NCBI GenBank assembly: GCA_045863335.1
Contig: BTVY01000019.1
Location: 1 to 64,000, forward strand
Length of the DNA: 64,000 bases
From: Candidatus Hydrogenedentota bacterium
Lineage (GTDB): Bacteria; Hydrogenedentota; Hydrogenedentia; Hydrogenedentales; SLHB01
Direction: 5' to 3'
The notes below the pieces were generated by a model. It did no database searches. It had not been told where the DNA came from and saw only the letters and a list, made by a program, of their open reading frames with translations. Below are positions 1-8,909 of the stretch, one piece after another. A program made the translations under genes and the position numbers. Each line of letters begins with the position of its first letter. Position 1 is the first letter of the stretch.

Positions 1-100
1 CGGCGCGTATGCGCCAGGGTCGAGAGGGAAGAGGGGATGCGAATTGGTGGGGCGCAAGCCGTGTCGCACTCTCCGAATACAGCGGGAAGGGGTTTGACGA

Positions 101-1486
101 TTGTCTGCACACGAAATCAGCGGGAATACCGTACCCAACGATTTAGATCCTTGGCAGGCTGCCCAGGAGCGGCTTCAAAAAATCCTCGATGAGCACAGTT
201 ACAAAAATTGGTTTTCACAGACATCTTTTGGTTCGTATGAAGATGGGCGATTGATCGTGAAGGTGCCCAGCCAGTTCTTTGCGGACTGGCTGCGCCGACA
301 CTACCTGGACGCCGTAAGCGCATGCGCAGGCGCCGTCATTCCCAACTTCCGGGAGGTGCAATTCGTTCCCGGCGGGGAGGGCGCCGCGCGAACTCTGAAG
401 CGTCCACAGGAGCGTCCGACAGCCGCGCCTGCGCCGGCGCCTCTGCCTGAGATGGTCAGTCGCGACGGATTCAATCCGCGCTATGTATTCGATCGGTTCG
501 TCGTCGGCAGCGGCAATCGCTTTGCCCATGCCGCGTCCCGCGCCGTGGCGGAGTCCCCCGCGCGCGCGTACAACCCTTTGTTCGTCTATGGCGGCACGGG
601 ACTGGGTAAGACGCATCTGATGCAGGCGATTGGACACGAGATACTCGATCGCCGTCCGGGGACTAACGTGGTGTTTATTTCCTCCGAACATTTCACGAAC
701 CAGTTGATCGAAAGTATCGCGAAGAAGTCGACCATGCGGTTCCGGTCGAAGTATCGCCGCGCGGACGTGTTGCTCATCGACGACATCCAGTTTATCTCGG
801 GCAAGGAAGCGACTCAGGAAGAGTTCTTCCATACGTTCAACGCGTTGTTCGATATGCACAAGCAGATCGTGATCTCGAGCGACCGGCAGCCGAAAGAAAT
901 CCCGGGGCTCGAAGAGCGATTGATTTCGCGGTTCGAGTGGGGATTGGTGACGGATATTCAACCGCCGGACCTGGAGACGCGTGTGGCCATCCTCCAGAAC
1001 AAAGCGGCCCAGGAGAATTTGACGGCGCCGCCCGAGGTGCTCAAGTACATCGCGACATACATCACGACGAACATTCGGGAGTTGGAAGGCGCCCTCGTTA
1101 CGGTGTTGGCCTACGCGAAACTCACGGACCAGAAGATCTCGCAAAGCCTTGCGGAAGAGGTGCTTCGCGATCTGATCGGGCGCGATAAGCTCCAGCCCGT
1201 GACAATGGAGGCCATTCAGCGGGGCGTGGCCGAGTATTTTGATGTCCGCATCTCGGATATGCGCGGCCGGAGCCGGCAGCGCCAAGTGGCGTACCCACGG
1301 CAGGTTGCGATGTATTTGTGCAAGGAACTGATCCCGAGCCTGTCGCTGAACGAAATCGGCGAAGCCTTTGGCGGCAAGGATCATACGACGGTCTTGTATG
1401 CCTGTCAGAAGATTACCGCGGAAGTGAAATCGAACAAGGAAACGAACCAGGTAATCCATCATTTGGAGCGCAAGATTCGAACCTAA
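101..1486 (+). CDS. dnaA: Chromosomal replication initiator DnaA
   Basis: Domain I (SYKNWF), AAA+ Walker A GGTGLGKT, Walker B LLIDDIQF, QEEFFHTFN, RLISRFEWGL, and domain IV GGKDHTTVLYA. TTG start. Confidence 0.98.
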   Translation: MSAHEISGNTVPNDLDPWQAAQERLQKILDEHSYKNWFSQTSFGSYEDGRLIVKVPSQFFADWLRRHYLDAVSACAGAVIPNFREVQFVPGGEGAARTLKRPQERPTAAPAPAPLPEMVSRDGFNPRYVFDRFVVGSGNRFAHAASRAVAESPARAYNPLFVYGGTGLGKTHLMQAIGHEILDRRPGTNVVFISSEHFTNQLIESIAKKSTMRFRSKYRRADVLLIDDIQFISGKEATQEEFFHTFNALFDMHKQIVISSDRQPKEIPGLEERLISRFEWGLVTDIQPPDLETRVAILQNKAAQENLTAPPEVLKYIATYITTNIRELEGALVTVLAYAKLTDQKISQSLAEEVLRDLIGRDKLQPVTMEAIQRGVAEYFDVRISDMRGRSRQRQVAYPRQVAMYLCKELIPSLSLNEIGEAFGGKDHTTVLYACQKITAEVKSNKETNQVIHHLERKIRT

Positions 1487-1616
1487 GACGGCACGCAAGT
1501 AGGATTCCGGGGCGGGACCGTAGTGATTCGCGGTTTCGCCCCTTCTTTATTCCGCGCACGAAGTTCGTCGCAAAAAAAGCAGCCACAATCGTTATACTGG
1601 TGTAGTCATCGTTTGG

Positions 1617-2036
1617 ATGGAGGCTGTTGCCATGCGATGGAGTCCGATCGGTCTGGCGATGGTTTTGACGTTTCTCCTGGTGTCCGGCGGCAGTGCGGCG
1701 CGGGAGTCCGCTGAGCGGGTATCCGCGGACCCGGAGCCTTACTTCTCGCTTCCGTTTCAACCGGAATCCTCACCGCGTGTGCTGGTCCTTCTAGCGGAAC
1801 CGCAACCCTTGTCGTGGTTGAATCAGATAACGGATTGGAATGCCGCGCCTGAGGAGGCCCTGCAGAACTACGCAATGCTGATCTTACCGGTACCAGAGGA
1901 ATGGCCGGGCAGCCGGATGCCGGTCATCAAGCCGGATCCGAATACTATCTATACAATGCCGATGATCGATCCGATGCCGGGTTTCATGGCGTTACCAAAT
2001 TCTACCCCGTCAAACCGGGACGGCATGCAACCCTAA
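1617..2036 (+). CDS. Hypothetical exported Pro-rich protein
   Basis: 139-aa ORF with a hydrophobic signal-peptide-like N-terminus and a C-terminal MPVIKPDPNTIYTMP segment. The start could be ATG 1632 after GGAGG. Confidence 0.55.
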   Translation: MEAVAMRWSPIGLAMVLTFLLVSGGSAARESAERVSADPEPYFSLPFQPESSPRVLVLLAEPQPLSWLNQITDWNAAPEEALQNYAMLILPVPEEWPGSRMPVIKPDPNTIYTMPMIDPMPGFMALPNSTPSNRDGMQP

Positions 2037-2146
2037 GGCCATGCAGGCCCACGAACACTTCCGCGCGGCCGGTGTCTAAGGGTGCCGGGATTGACGAAGT
2101 GTTCATCGGGAATACGAACGCAACCATGAACCGGAGGTACCGGACC

Positions 2147-3550
2147 ATGTATCGAATCGCTTTACTCTGTACCGCAATGTGTTGTGGCGCCGCGTTCGCG
2201 CAGCAGGAACAGGCCGCCTCCACCTTGTCGGACCAAACGGACGTGGCGGTGACTGCCTATAACAACGGGCTTGCCCTCGTGCGGGACACGCGGAAGCTGT
2301 CGTTGCCGGAGGGGGAGTTCGATCTGCAGTTCATGGACGTGGCGCAGCAGATCCGGCCGGAAACGGTGAGCTTGCAGTCGGCCTCCGCGCCGGGGTCCGT
2401 GGGCATCCTCGAACAGAATTACGAGTACGACCTGATTAGCCCATCAAAGCTCATGGAGAAGTACGTGGGCAAGAAAGTGTGGCTCCAGAATTTTCATAAC
2501 GACATAAACCTGGGCCGGGTTGAAGCTGAACTCTTAAGCGTGAACGAAGGCGCCGTGTACAAGGTGGGCGACGAAATCTTCCTTGGCCACCCCGGCAATG
2601 TGGTATTGCCGGAAATTCCGGAAAACCTGATCGCGAAGCCGTCCTTGATCTGGAAACTCTCGAATTCCCAGGCAGATCAGACGCTGGAAGTCACCTATCT
2701 GACCAATGGCGTGAGTTGGAAGGCCGACTACGTGGTCACCCTCGCGAAGGACGACCAGTCGCTGGACCTTGCGGGGTGGGTGACCATGAACAACCAGTCC
2801 GGCGCGACGTATACCAATGCCAATCTCAAACTTGTGGCAGGCGATGTAAACGTGGTGCAACAGCAACCCGAGCGCTTAGCGCGGGGGCGTCAACTCGCCA
2901 TGATGGAAAGTGTTGCGGAGATGCCGCAGGATGAGTCCTTTGCCGAATACCACCTCTACACCATGCCGCGGCGTACGACGATCAAACAGAACCAGTCGAA
3001 GCAGTTGGCGCTGTTGAGCGGAACGGGTGTGGTCTGCAAGAAAAAGTATGAGTATCGAGGGCAAGAGTATTTCTACAGCCAGCAGGTTCCGCCGACGGGC
3101 GAAGAGCACGTGGGCGTGTTTCTCGAATTTGAGAACGAGAAAGAAAACTCGCTCGGCATTCCGTTGCCGGCGGGCGTGATGCGGATCTACCAGGAAGACC
3201 GCGAAGGCATGCTGCAGTTCGCGGGTGAGGACAACATCAAACACACTCCGAAAGACGAAACGATCACGCTTCGCATGGGCGATGCCTTTGACGTCATCGG
3301 CGAACGCGTGCAGACCGATTTCAAAGTCTTCGGCGGCAACGTGCACGAGTCGGCGTACGAGATTTCAATTCGCAATCACAAAGAACAGGACATCGTCGTA
3401 GATATCGTGGAGCCCATGCCGGGCGATTGGGAGATCGTGACGGCGTCGCAGGACCACGAAAAGAAAGACGCGCGGACGGCGATCTTTCATGTGGCCGTCC
3501 CGAAGGATGGCGAGGCAAAGGTAACCTACCGCGTGCGCGTGCGGTTCTAA
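2147..3550 (+). CDS. Secreted DUF4139-family protein, paralog 1
   Basis: GGAGG at 2133-2137 precedes ATG 2147. Signal peptide ends AFA. Motifs VAVTAYNNGLALVRD, EQNYEYDL, SWKADY, EYHLY, PLPAG. Confidence 0.85.
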   Translation: MYRIALLCTAMCCGAAFAQQEQAASTLSDQTDVAVTAYNNGLALVRDTRKLSLPEGEFDLQFMDVAQQIRPETVSLQSASAPGSVGILEQNYEYDLISPSKLMEKYVGKKVWLQNFHNDINLGRVEAELLSVNEGAVYKVGDEIFLGHPGNVVLPEIPENLIAKPSLIWKLSNSQADQTLEVTYLTNGVSWKADYVVTLAKDDQSLDLAGWVTMNNQSGATYTNANLKLVAGDVNVVQQQPERLARGRQLAMMESVAEMPQDESFAEYHLYTMPRRTTIKQNQSKQLALLSGTGVVCKKKYEYRGQEYFYSQQVPPTGEEHVGVFLEFENEKENSLGIPLPAGVMRIYQEDREGMLQFAGEDNIKHTPKDETITLRMGDAFDVIGERVQTDFKVFGGNVHESAYEISIRNHKEQDIVVDIVEPMPGDWEIVTASQDHEKKDARTAIFHVAVPKDGEAKVTYRVRVRF

Positions 3551-3627
3551 TTGGGAAAGGTGAATATCGCGATGTTGAACTTAATCAAGGCGCGTGCGAA
3601 ACGGACGATTGACTGCGCGAAACCAAG

Positions 3628-3656
3628 ATGGGTTCCCGCCTTCGCGGGAATGACGG
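3628..3656 (-). repeat. REP/dRS3-like palindromic element (CCGTCATTCCCGCGAAGGCGGGAACCCAT on the - strand)
   Basis: Internal hairpin TTCCCGC..GCGGGAA. Translates as VIPAKAGTH, the signature of the widespread ATTCCC-N8-GGGAAT-type element. Confidence 0.7.
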
Positions 3657-5068
3657 TCCGGGTGGGACTCGCCGTTTGTCTGCTTTTTGTCGCAGGTTCA
3701 GGGTCGGGATACGCAGAGCCCGCGCAGGTTGAGACGTCGTTGGCGGAACAGACGGATGTGGCGGTGACGGCGTACAACAATGGGCTGGCGCTCGTGCGGG
3801 ATACGCGGAAGCTGACCATTCCGACGGGTGAATTGCACTTGCAATTCATGGACGTGGCGCAGCAGATCCGGCCGGAGACGGTGAGTTTGAAGTCGGCGTC
3901 GGCGCCCGGGTCCGTGTCCATCCTCGAACAGAATTATGAATACGACCTCATCAGCCCATCGAAGCTGATGGAGAAGTACGTAGGCAAGCAGGTGTTTCTC
4001 CAGAACTTCAACAACGAGATCAACCTGGGCCGCACGCCGGCGGAATTGCTGAGCGTGAACGAGGGGCCCGTCTACAAGGTGGGCAACGAGATCTACTTGG
4101 GACATCCGGGAAATGTCGTGCTGCCGGAGATTCCGGAGAACCTAATCGCGAAACCGTCGTTGATCTGGATGCTGGCGAACGAGCAAGGCGACCAGACCCT
4201 CGAAGTTACCTATCTGACCAACGGCGTGAGCTGGCAGGCGGATTATGTCGTGACGCTCGCGAAGGATGACCAGTCGCTCGACCTTGCGGGCTGGGTGACG
4301 ATGAACAACCAATCCGGTGCGACGTATACCAATGCCAAGTTGAAGCTGGTCGCGGGCGATGTGAACGTCGTGCGCGAGGAAATGGCGATGATGGACATGG
4401 CGTTCAACGGCGCAATGCCGGCGGCTGCTCCGCCGCCCATGCCGCAAGAGGAGGCCTTCGCCGAGTATCACCTCTACACGATGCCGCGGCGCACGACGAT
4501 CAAGCAGAACCAGTCGAAGCAGTTGGCCTTGCTGGATGGCGAGGGCGTAGCGTGCACCAAGAAGTATGAGTACCGGGGGCAGGAGTATTTCTACAGCCAG
4601 CAGATCCCGCCGACGGGTGAGGAGCATGTAAGCGTGTTTCTGGAGTTCGAGAACGAGGAGGAGAACGCGCTGGGCATTCCGCTGCCTTCGGGCGTCATGC
4701 GGATCTACCAGGAAGACAGCGAAGGCATGTTGCAGTTCGCGGGCGAAGACCGCATCGAACACACGCCGAAGGACGAGACGGTCACGCTGCGCATGGGAGA
4801 CGCGTTCGACGTCATCGGCGAACGGATTCAGACCGACTACCGCGTCTACGGGAATGACGTGTACGAGGCGGCCTTCGACGTGACGATTCGGAACCATAAA
4901 GAAAGCGATATCGTGGTCGATATCGTGGAACCCATGCCCTCGGACTGGGAAATCCTGAGCAAGTCCTATGACTTTACGAAGAAAGATGCGCGCACGGCGG
5001 TGTTCTCGGTTCCGGTACCGAAGGACGGGGAAGTTACGGTAAGCTATCGCGTGCGTGTGAAATATTAG
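3650..5068 (+). CDS. Secreted DUF4139-family protein, paralog 2 (start uncertain; frame open from 3551)
   Basis: Highly similar to paralog 1 along its length. A signal-peptide-like segment follows ATG 3650. Confidence 0.85.
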   Translation: MTVRVGLAVCLLFVAGSGSGYAEPAQVETSLAEQTDVAVTAYNNGLALVRDTRKLTIPTGELHLQFMDVAQQIRPETVSLKSASAPGSVSILEQNYEYDLISPSKLMEKYVGKQVFLQNFNNEINLGRTPAELLSVNEGPVYKVGNEIYLGHPGNVVLPEIPENLIAKPSLIWMLANEQGDQTLEVTYLTNGVSWQADYVVTLAKDDQSLDLAGWVTMNNQSGATYTNAKLKLVAGDVNVVREEMAMMDMAFNGAMPAAAPPPMPQEEAFAEYHLYTMPRRTTIKQNQSKQLALLDGEGVACTKKYEYRGQEYFYSQQIPPTGEEHVSVFLEFENEEENALGIPLPSGVMRIYQEDSEGMLQFAGEDRIEHTPKDETVTLRMGDAFDVIGERIQTDYRVYGNDVYEAAFDVTIRNHKESDIVVDIVEPMPSDWEILSKSYDFTKKDARTAVFSVPVPKDGEVTVSYRVRVKY

Positions 5069-5093
5069 TGCGCGTTCTTGGAGGTGCAAGAAG

Positions 5094-6662
5094 ATGAAAC
5101 GTGGTCTTGTGTACTTGGGTGTGGTTGTCGCTGCGGCCGCTGTATCCGCGGAGCTGCAGAACGTTCAAGTTGGTAGCGGTTTCCGTATCGCGCAAAACGA
5201 TTCCTTCGCGCTGAACGATCCGCTGAAAGAGGCGGGCATCGGGCCGGAGACCACGCTGGCCGATCAGCAGGACGTGGCGGTGACGGTATACAACAACAAT
5301 CTTGCGCTCGTGCGGGACACGCGGGCGATCAAGCTCATGCCCGGCGAACAGGAGTTGCGCTTCGCGGATGTGGCGCAGCAGATCCGGCCCGAGACGGTCA
5401 GCCTGAAATCGACGTCCGCGCCGGGAACGCTGCATATCCTCGAGCAAAATTACGAGTACGATCTCATCAGTCCGTCCAAGTTGATGGAGAAGTACGTGGG
5501 CAAAGAGGTCGCGCTCATCAACTTCGACAACGACATCGCGGTGGGCAAGACCGAAGCCGAATTGTTGAGCGTGAACGAAGGCCCCATTTACAAGGTTGGC
5601 AACGAGATCTACCTGGGTTATCCGGGGCAGGTCGTGCTGCCCGAGATCCCCGAAAACCTGATTGCGCGGCCTTCGCTCATCTGGCTGCTGGACAACGAAG
5701 GCACGGATCAGACCGTCGAGGTGACGTACCTGACGGGAGGCCTTTCCTGGCAGGCGGACTATGTGATCACGCTGGCGAAAGACGATTCGTCGCTCGATCT
5801 CGAGGGATGGGTGACGCTGAACAACCAGTCGGGGGCAACGTATTCGGACGCCAAGCTGAAACTGGTGGCGGGCGATGTAAACATCGTGCAGCCGACCAGT
5901 GGATTTGGTGGTGGTGGATTTCAGGCAGGAGCCGAAATCCGAATGATGAAGGCGCAAGTCGTACAGGAATCATTCGCGGAGTATCACCTGTATGCGCTGC
6001 CGCGTCGCACGACGATTAAGCAGAACCAGTCCAAACAGGTGAGCCTGCTGACCGCCGAAGGGGTCACCGCCGGGAAACAATACGAGTACCGCGGCAATGA
6101 GTCGTACTACAGCCAAAAGATGGCGCCGTTGGAACACGAAAACGTGGGCGTGTTCCTGGTATTTCAGAACGGGAAAGAAAACCAGCTTGGGATTCCGCTG
6201 CCCGCGGGAACGATGCGGGTGTATCAGGAGGATTCGGAAGGCATGTTGCAGTTCGCGGGCGAGGACCGCATCGAACACACGCCGAAGGATGAGGAGGTTC
6301 GCCTGCGCATGGGCAACGCCTTCGATATCGTCGGCGAACGCACACAGACGGACTACCGGGTGATTTCCGACAACGTGTTCGAGTCCGCGTACAGAATTAA
6401 GATCCGAAACCACAAGGAAACCGACGTCACCGTGGACATCGTGGAACCGATGCCCGGCGACTGGGAGATCCGCGAGAAGTCGCAGGACTTCGTGAAAAAA
6501 GACGCGCGCACGGCGGTCTTCACGGTCAACGTACCTAAGGACGGCGAGGCGGTCGTGACGTATCGCGTGGTCGTGTCCTACGGCGGGCCGATTCCGTTGC
6601 CTATGCCAAAGCCGTTGAGCGCACCTGCGGCCAGCGCGCCGCCCGTGCGATCCCTCCGGTAG
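5094..6662 (+). CDS. Secreted DUF4139-family protein, paralog 3
   Basis: GGAGG ribosome-binding site, signal peptide, the same conserved motifs, and a Pro-rich C-terminal tail. Confidence 0.85.
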   Translation: MKRGLVYLGVVVAAAAVSAELQNVQVGSGFRIAQNDSFALNDPLKEAGIGPETTLADQQDVAVTVYNNNLALVRDTRAIKLMPGEQELRFADVAQQIRPETVSLKSTSAPGTLHILEQNYEYDLISPSKLMEKYVGKEVALINFDNDIAVGKTEAELLSVNEGPIYKVGNEIYLGYPGQVVLPEIPENLIARPSLIWLLDNEGTDQTVEVTYLTGGLSWQADYVITLAKDDSSLDLEGWVTLNNQSGATYSDAKLKLVAGDVNIVQPTSGFGGGGFQAGAEIRMMKAQVVQESFAEYHLYALPRRTTIKQNQSKQVSLLTAEGVTAGKQYEYRGNESYYSQKMAPLEHENVGVFLVFQNGKENQLGIPLPAGTMRVYQEDSEGMLQFAGEDRIEHTPKDEEVRLRMGNAFDIVGERTQTDYRVISDNVFESAYRIKIRNHKETDVTVDIVEPMPGDWEIREKSQDFVKKDARTAVFTVNVPKDGEAVVTYRVVVSYGGPIPLPMPKPLSAPAASAPPVRSLR

Positions 6663-6698
6663 TTCGAAGACGGAAGCCGCCAGCGGTGATGCGTAGCG

Positions 6699-6771
6699 GA
6701 TGTCGCGCTGGCGTCCCCGCCTGCAAACACGCGTTCCAAAAGACTGCAGGCGGGGACGCCTGCGCTACATC
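6699..6771. repeat. Inverted REP doublet (GTAG-type) between convergent genes
   Basis: GATGTCGCGCTGGCGTCCCCGCCTGCA (6699-6725) is a near-perfect inverse of TGCAGGCGGGGACGCCTGCGCTACATC (6745-6771). Confidence 0.75.
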
Positions 6772-6818
6772 TGCGGCATGTCCACCGGGCCACTTAAGAA
6801 TATTATGTAGACACCCTC

Positions 6819-8732
6819 TTAGACGGCGGACTTGGCTTTCTCGGCGACGGGCATCCATTCGGACCCGATGAGCTTCCGGTAATCTTCCACCGTGCCGTTG
6901 GATAGATAGCATTCGATAATCCAGCGGCCCAAGGGAAGCAGGTCTGGCGTCATGAACGATTCCAGGTTCTTTCGGAAGAACTTGTCGAGAATCGCTGCGC
7001 CCTGATCGTAGGCTTCCTCGCCGACTTCCGGCTGCGTATCCACCTGCAGGAACCAGCGGGGGATATTGGCGCCTTCAACCGTCACATCGTGAAGGGCATA
7101 CCCCAGCAGCGGAGACCGGGCTGGCCGAATCTGATTCGACCGGAACCGCGCCATGCCGCGGCGCGCCAGGTATTCCCGGCCAATCCACTGCGGCATGAAG
7201 CTTGTGTACCAGGCGCCGATGTGCTGATTTGGGCACAGGATATACAGCGTCGCCGGCGTGGCCTCGATCTGTTTCAGCAACAGATTCGCGTGGTGCACCT
7301 TGCGGCCTGTGGCGAAGGGCCAGTAGGACCCGACGCCTTCGCTGGTCATTTCTTCTGTGTCCACGATGCTCGGATTGGCGTAGCCGCGCGGGGCGACGAG
7401 CCGCCACAGCCAGGCGAGGGCCGGCGGAAGGATGTGGAAGAGCCCGATGATTCCGTAGTTCGGGTTTTCCCGGGTGCACGGGGGGGTGCGTACGCCGAGA
7501 CTCCGGATGTCCACGGTTACCGCGCCTTCGACGACATCGGGGATGGCCCGGCGGGGAACGATGACGCGCGGGTTGGGGCACGGTTTGCCCGGCGCGTCTT
7601 CCACGTGCTCCCAGATCAATGCACGCCCGTTCGGCACGGCGTCAATGTTAAGAAAGAGCAGTGGTTCCGGCGGCTGGGCGGTAAGCCGTTCCAGATGCGG
7701 GTCCGTGGCGTATTCCTGGATGTGGTTGACGCGAACAAACCACGCGTTCTCGGCATCCACGACGCGAAGCTTCCCGTCGGGTTTCTGGATGGACGGGTGG
7801 CACAGGGCCATGTCGTCCGTCACGGGCCGGATATCGCAGCCGCGGGGCATGGTGACGTGGCGCGTTTCGCCGGTCACAATGTTGCGACCCAGGAGGAGAC
7901 GCCCGTCGGCTTCGCGGTGCGCCTGCTCGAGCATCTCGCTCTTGCCACCGCCGCTGGCGCCCTCGTGCATGATGGTGACCACGTTGTCGTACGGCGTGAC
8001 GACCTGTGCGGTCGAACAATGGGCGGTGATCCACCCTTCCTTTTCGCCGAGGTTCAACAGACTTCCATACACGCCCTTCTTGGCGCTGGGGCCGGGGTAG
8101 AGGTTATAGGAAAAGATCTCGTGCAACTCTTTCGAGCGGTTGTGCACGACAATCTGCCGCCCGTCGAAGTGGGTGTGCCGGAAGGGCGGGGCTACGTAAA
8201 TGACGAGGCGCGGTTTGAAGGACTCTTGGAGTCCCTCGTAGGGGAGGATTTCTTGCAGGAGCGCGAGGCCCAGGGCGAAGAATCCCGCATTGGCCGGCGC
8301 GATCACCATGGCCTCGATGCCCATGTTCTCCTTGCCGGCGCGAAAGGCAAAAGTGACGAGTTCCTGTTTCTTCATCCACTCGAAGGTTTCTTTGCGGAGC
8401 CCGTCGAAAGGCTTGCCGTATTTCTCTTCGAAGGTGATCTTGTCCGTGGGGAGGTCGTCGCCCATGACCATGCTTTCCGGATCGCGCCGGCGCATGTACG
8501 GCTCCAGGTAGTTGGCCGATACGCCATTGCGGACGCGGACTACCTTTGCCTCGACTACCGTGCCTTTCTTGGGGATTTCGTAGCTGACTTCAAACGAGTC
8601 GCTATCCGCTCCTCCACAGGCAAGGTCGATAATCTCGCTCGAGGTTCCGACGACGGTAACCTTTGGACAGGCGGACAGAATGTCGGCTGCGTCCTTCGGG
8701 GGATTCAGTTTCTTCCACATGGTCTTTTTCAC
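6819..8732 (-). CDS. DUF4914-family protein, PEP carboxykinase-like
   Basis: 637 aa. Motifs NLYPGPSAKKG, TAHCS, HEGASGGGKSE (P-loop), VTDDMA, PCPNPR. Confidence 0.8.
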   Translation of the reverse strand: MKKTMWKKLNPPKDAADILSACPKVTVVGTSSEIIDLACGGADSDSFEVSYEIPKKGTVVEAKVVRVRNGVSANYLEPYMRRRDPESMVMGDDLPTDKITFEEKYGKPFDGLRKETFEWMKKQELVTFAFRAGKENMGIEAMVIAPANAGFFALGLALLQEILPYEGLQESFKPRLVIYVAPPFRHTHFDGRQIVVHNRSKELHEIFSYNLYPGPSAKKGVYGSLLNLGEKEGWITAHCSTAQVVTPYDNVVTIMHEGASGGGKSEMLEQAHREADGRLLLGRNIVTGETRHVTMPRGCDIRPVTDDMALCHPSIQKPDGKLRVVDAENAWFVRVNHIQEYATDPHLERLTAQPPEPLLFLNIDAVPNGRALIWEHVEDAPGKPCPNPRVIVPRRAIPDVVEGAVTVDIRSLGVRTPPCTRENPNYGIIGLFHILPPALAWLWRLVAPRGYANPSIVDTEEMTSEGVGSYWPFATGRKVHHANLLLKQIEATPATLYILCPNQHIGAWYTSFMPQWIGREYLARRGMARFRSNQIRPARSPLLGYALHDVTVEGANIPRWFLQVDTQPEVGEEAYDQGAAILDKFFRKNLESFMTPDLLPLGRWIIECYLSNGTVEDYRKLIGSEWMPVAEKAKSAV

Positions 8733-8909
8733 CTTTCCGAATATGGTTTAGGGCCGCTTCGCGGTCCCCGTACGCTCCTTGGATACACGTATTCCGACCT
8801 CATAGAGATCGAAAACGGAGTAGTCGCCGGATTGCTCCGGTTCTGTCGGCGCCGGGCGCAAAATCCCTGTACCTCAATGCGCCGGGATGCGCACGACCGG
8901 GCCGAACCC

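Noticed and set aside
215-1498. 427-aa ORF antisense to dnaA, and similar long shadow ORFs (7089-9044, 11939-14134, 18260-19846, 22730-24850, 30644-31975, 55597-56910)
   Set aside because: They mirror well-supported genes on the opposite strand, which is expected in high-GC DNA, and carry no recognisable motifs.
1901-2146. N-terminal extension of the first DUF4139 ORF
   Set aside because: It overlaps the upstream gene. The ribosome-binding site and signal peptide indicate a start at 2147.
2147-6662. Diversity-generating retroelement behind the DUF4139 variation
   Set aside because: There is no reverse transcriptase and no adenine-specific template/variable repeat pair. The differences look like ordinary paralog divergence.
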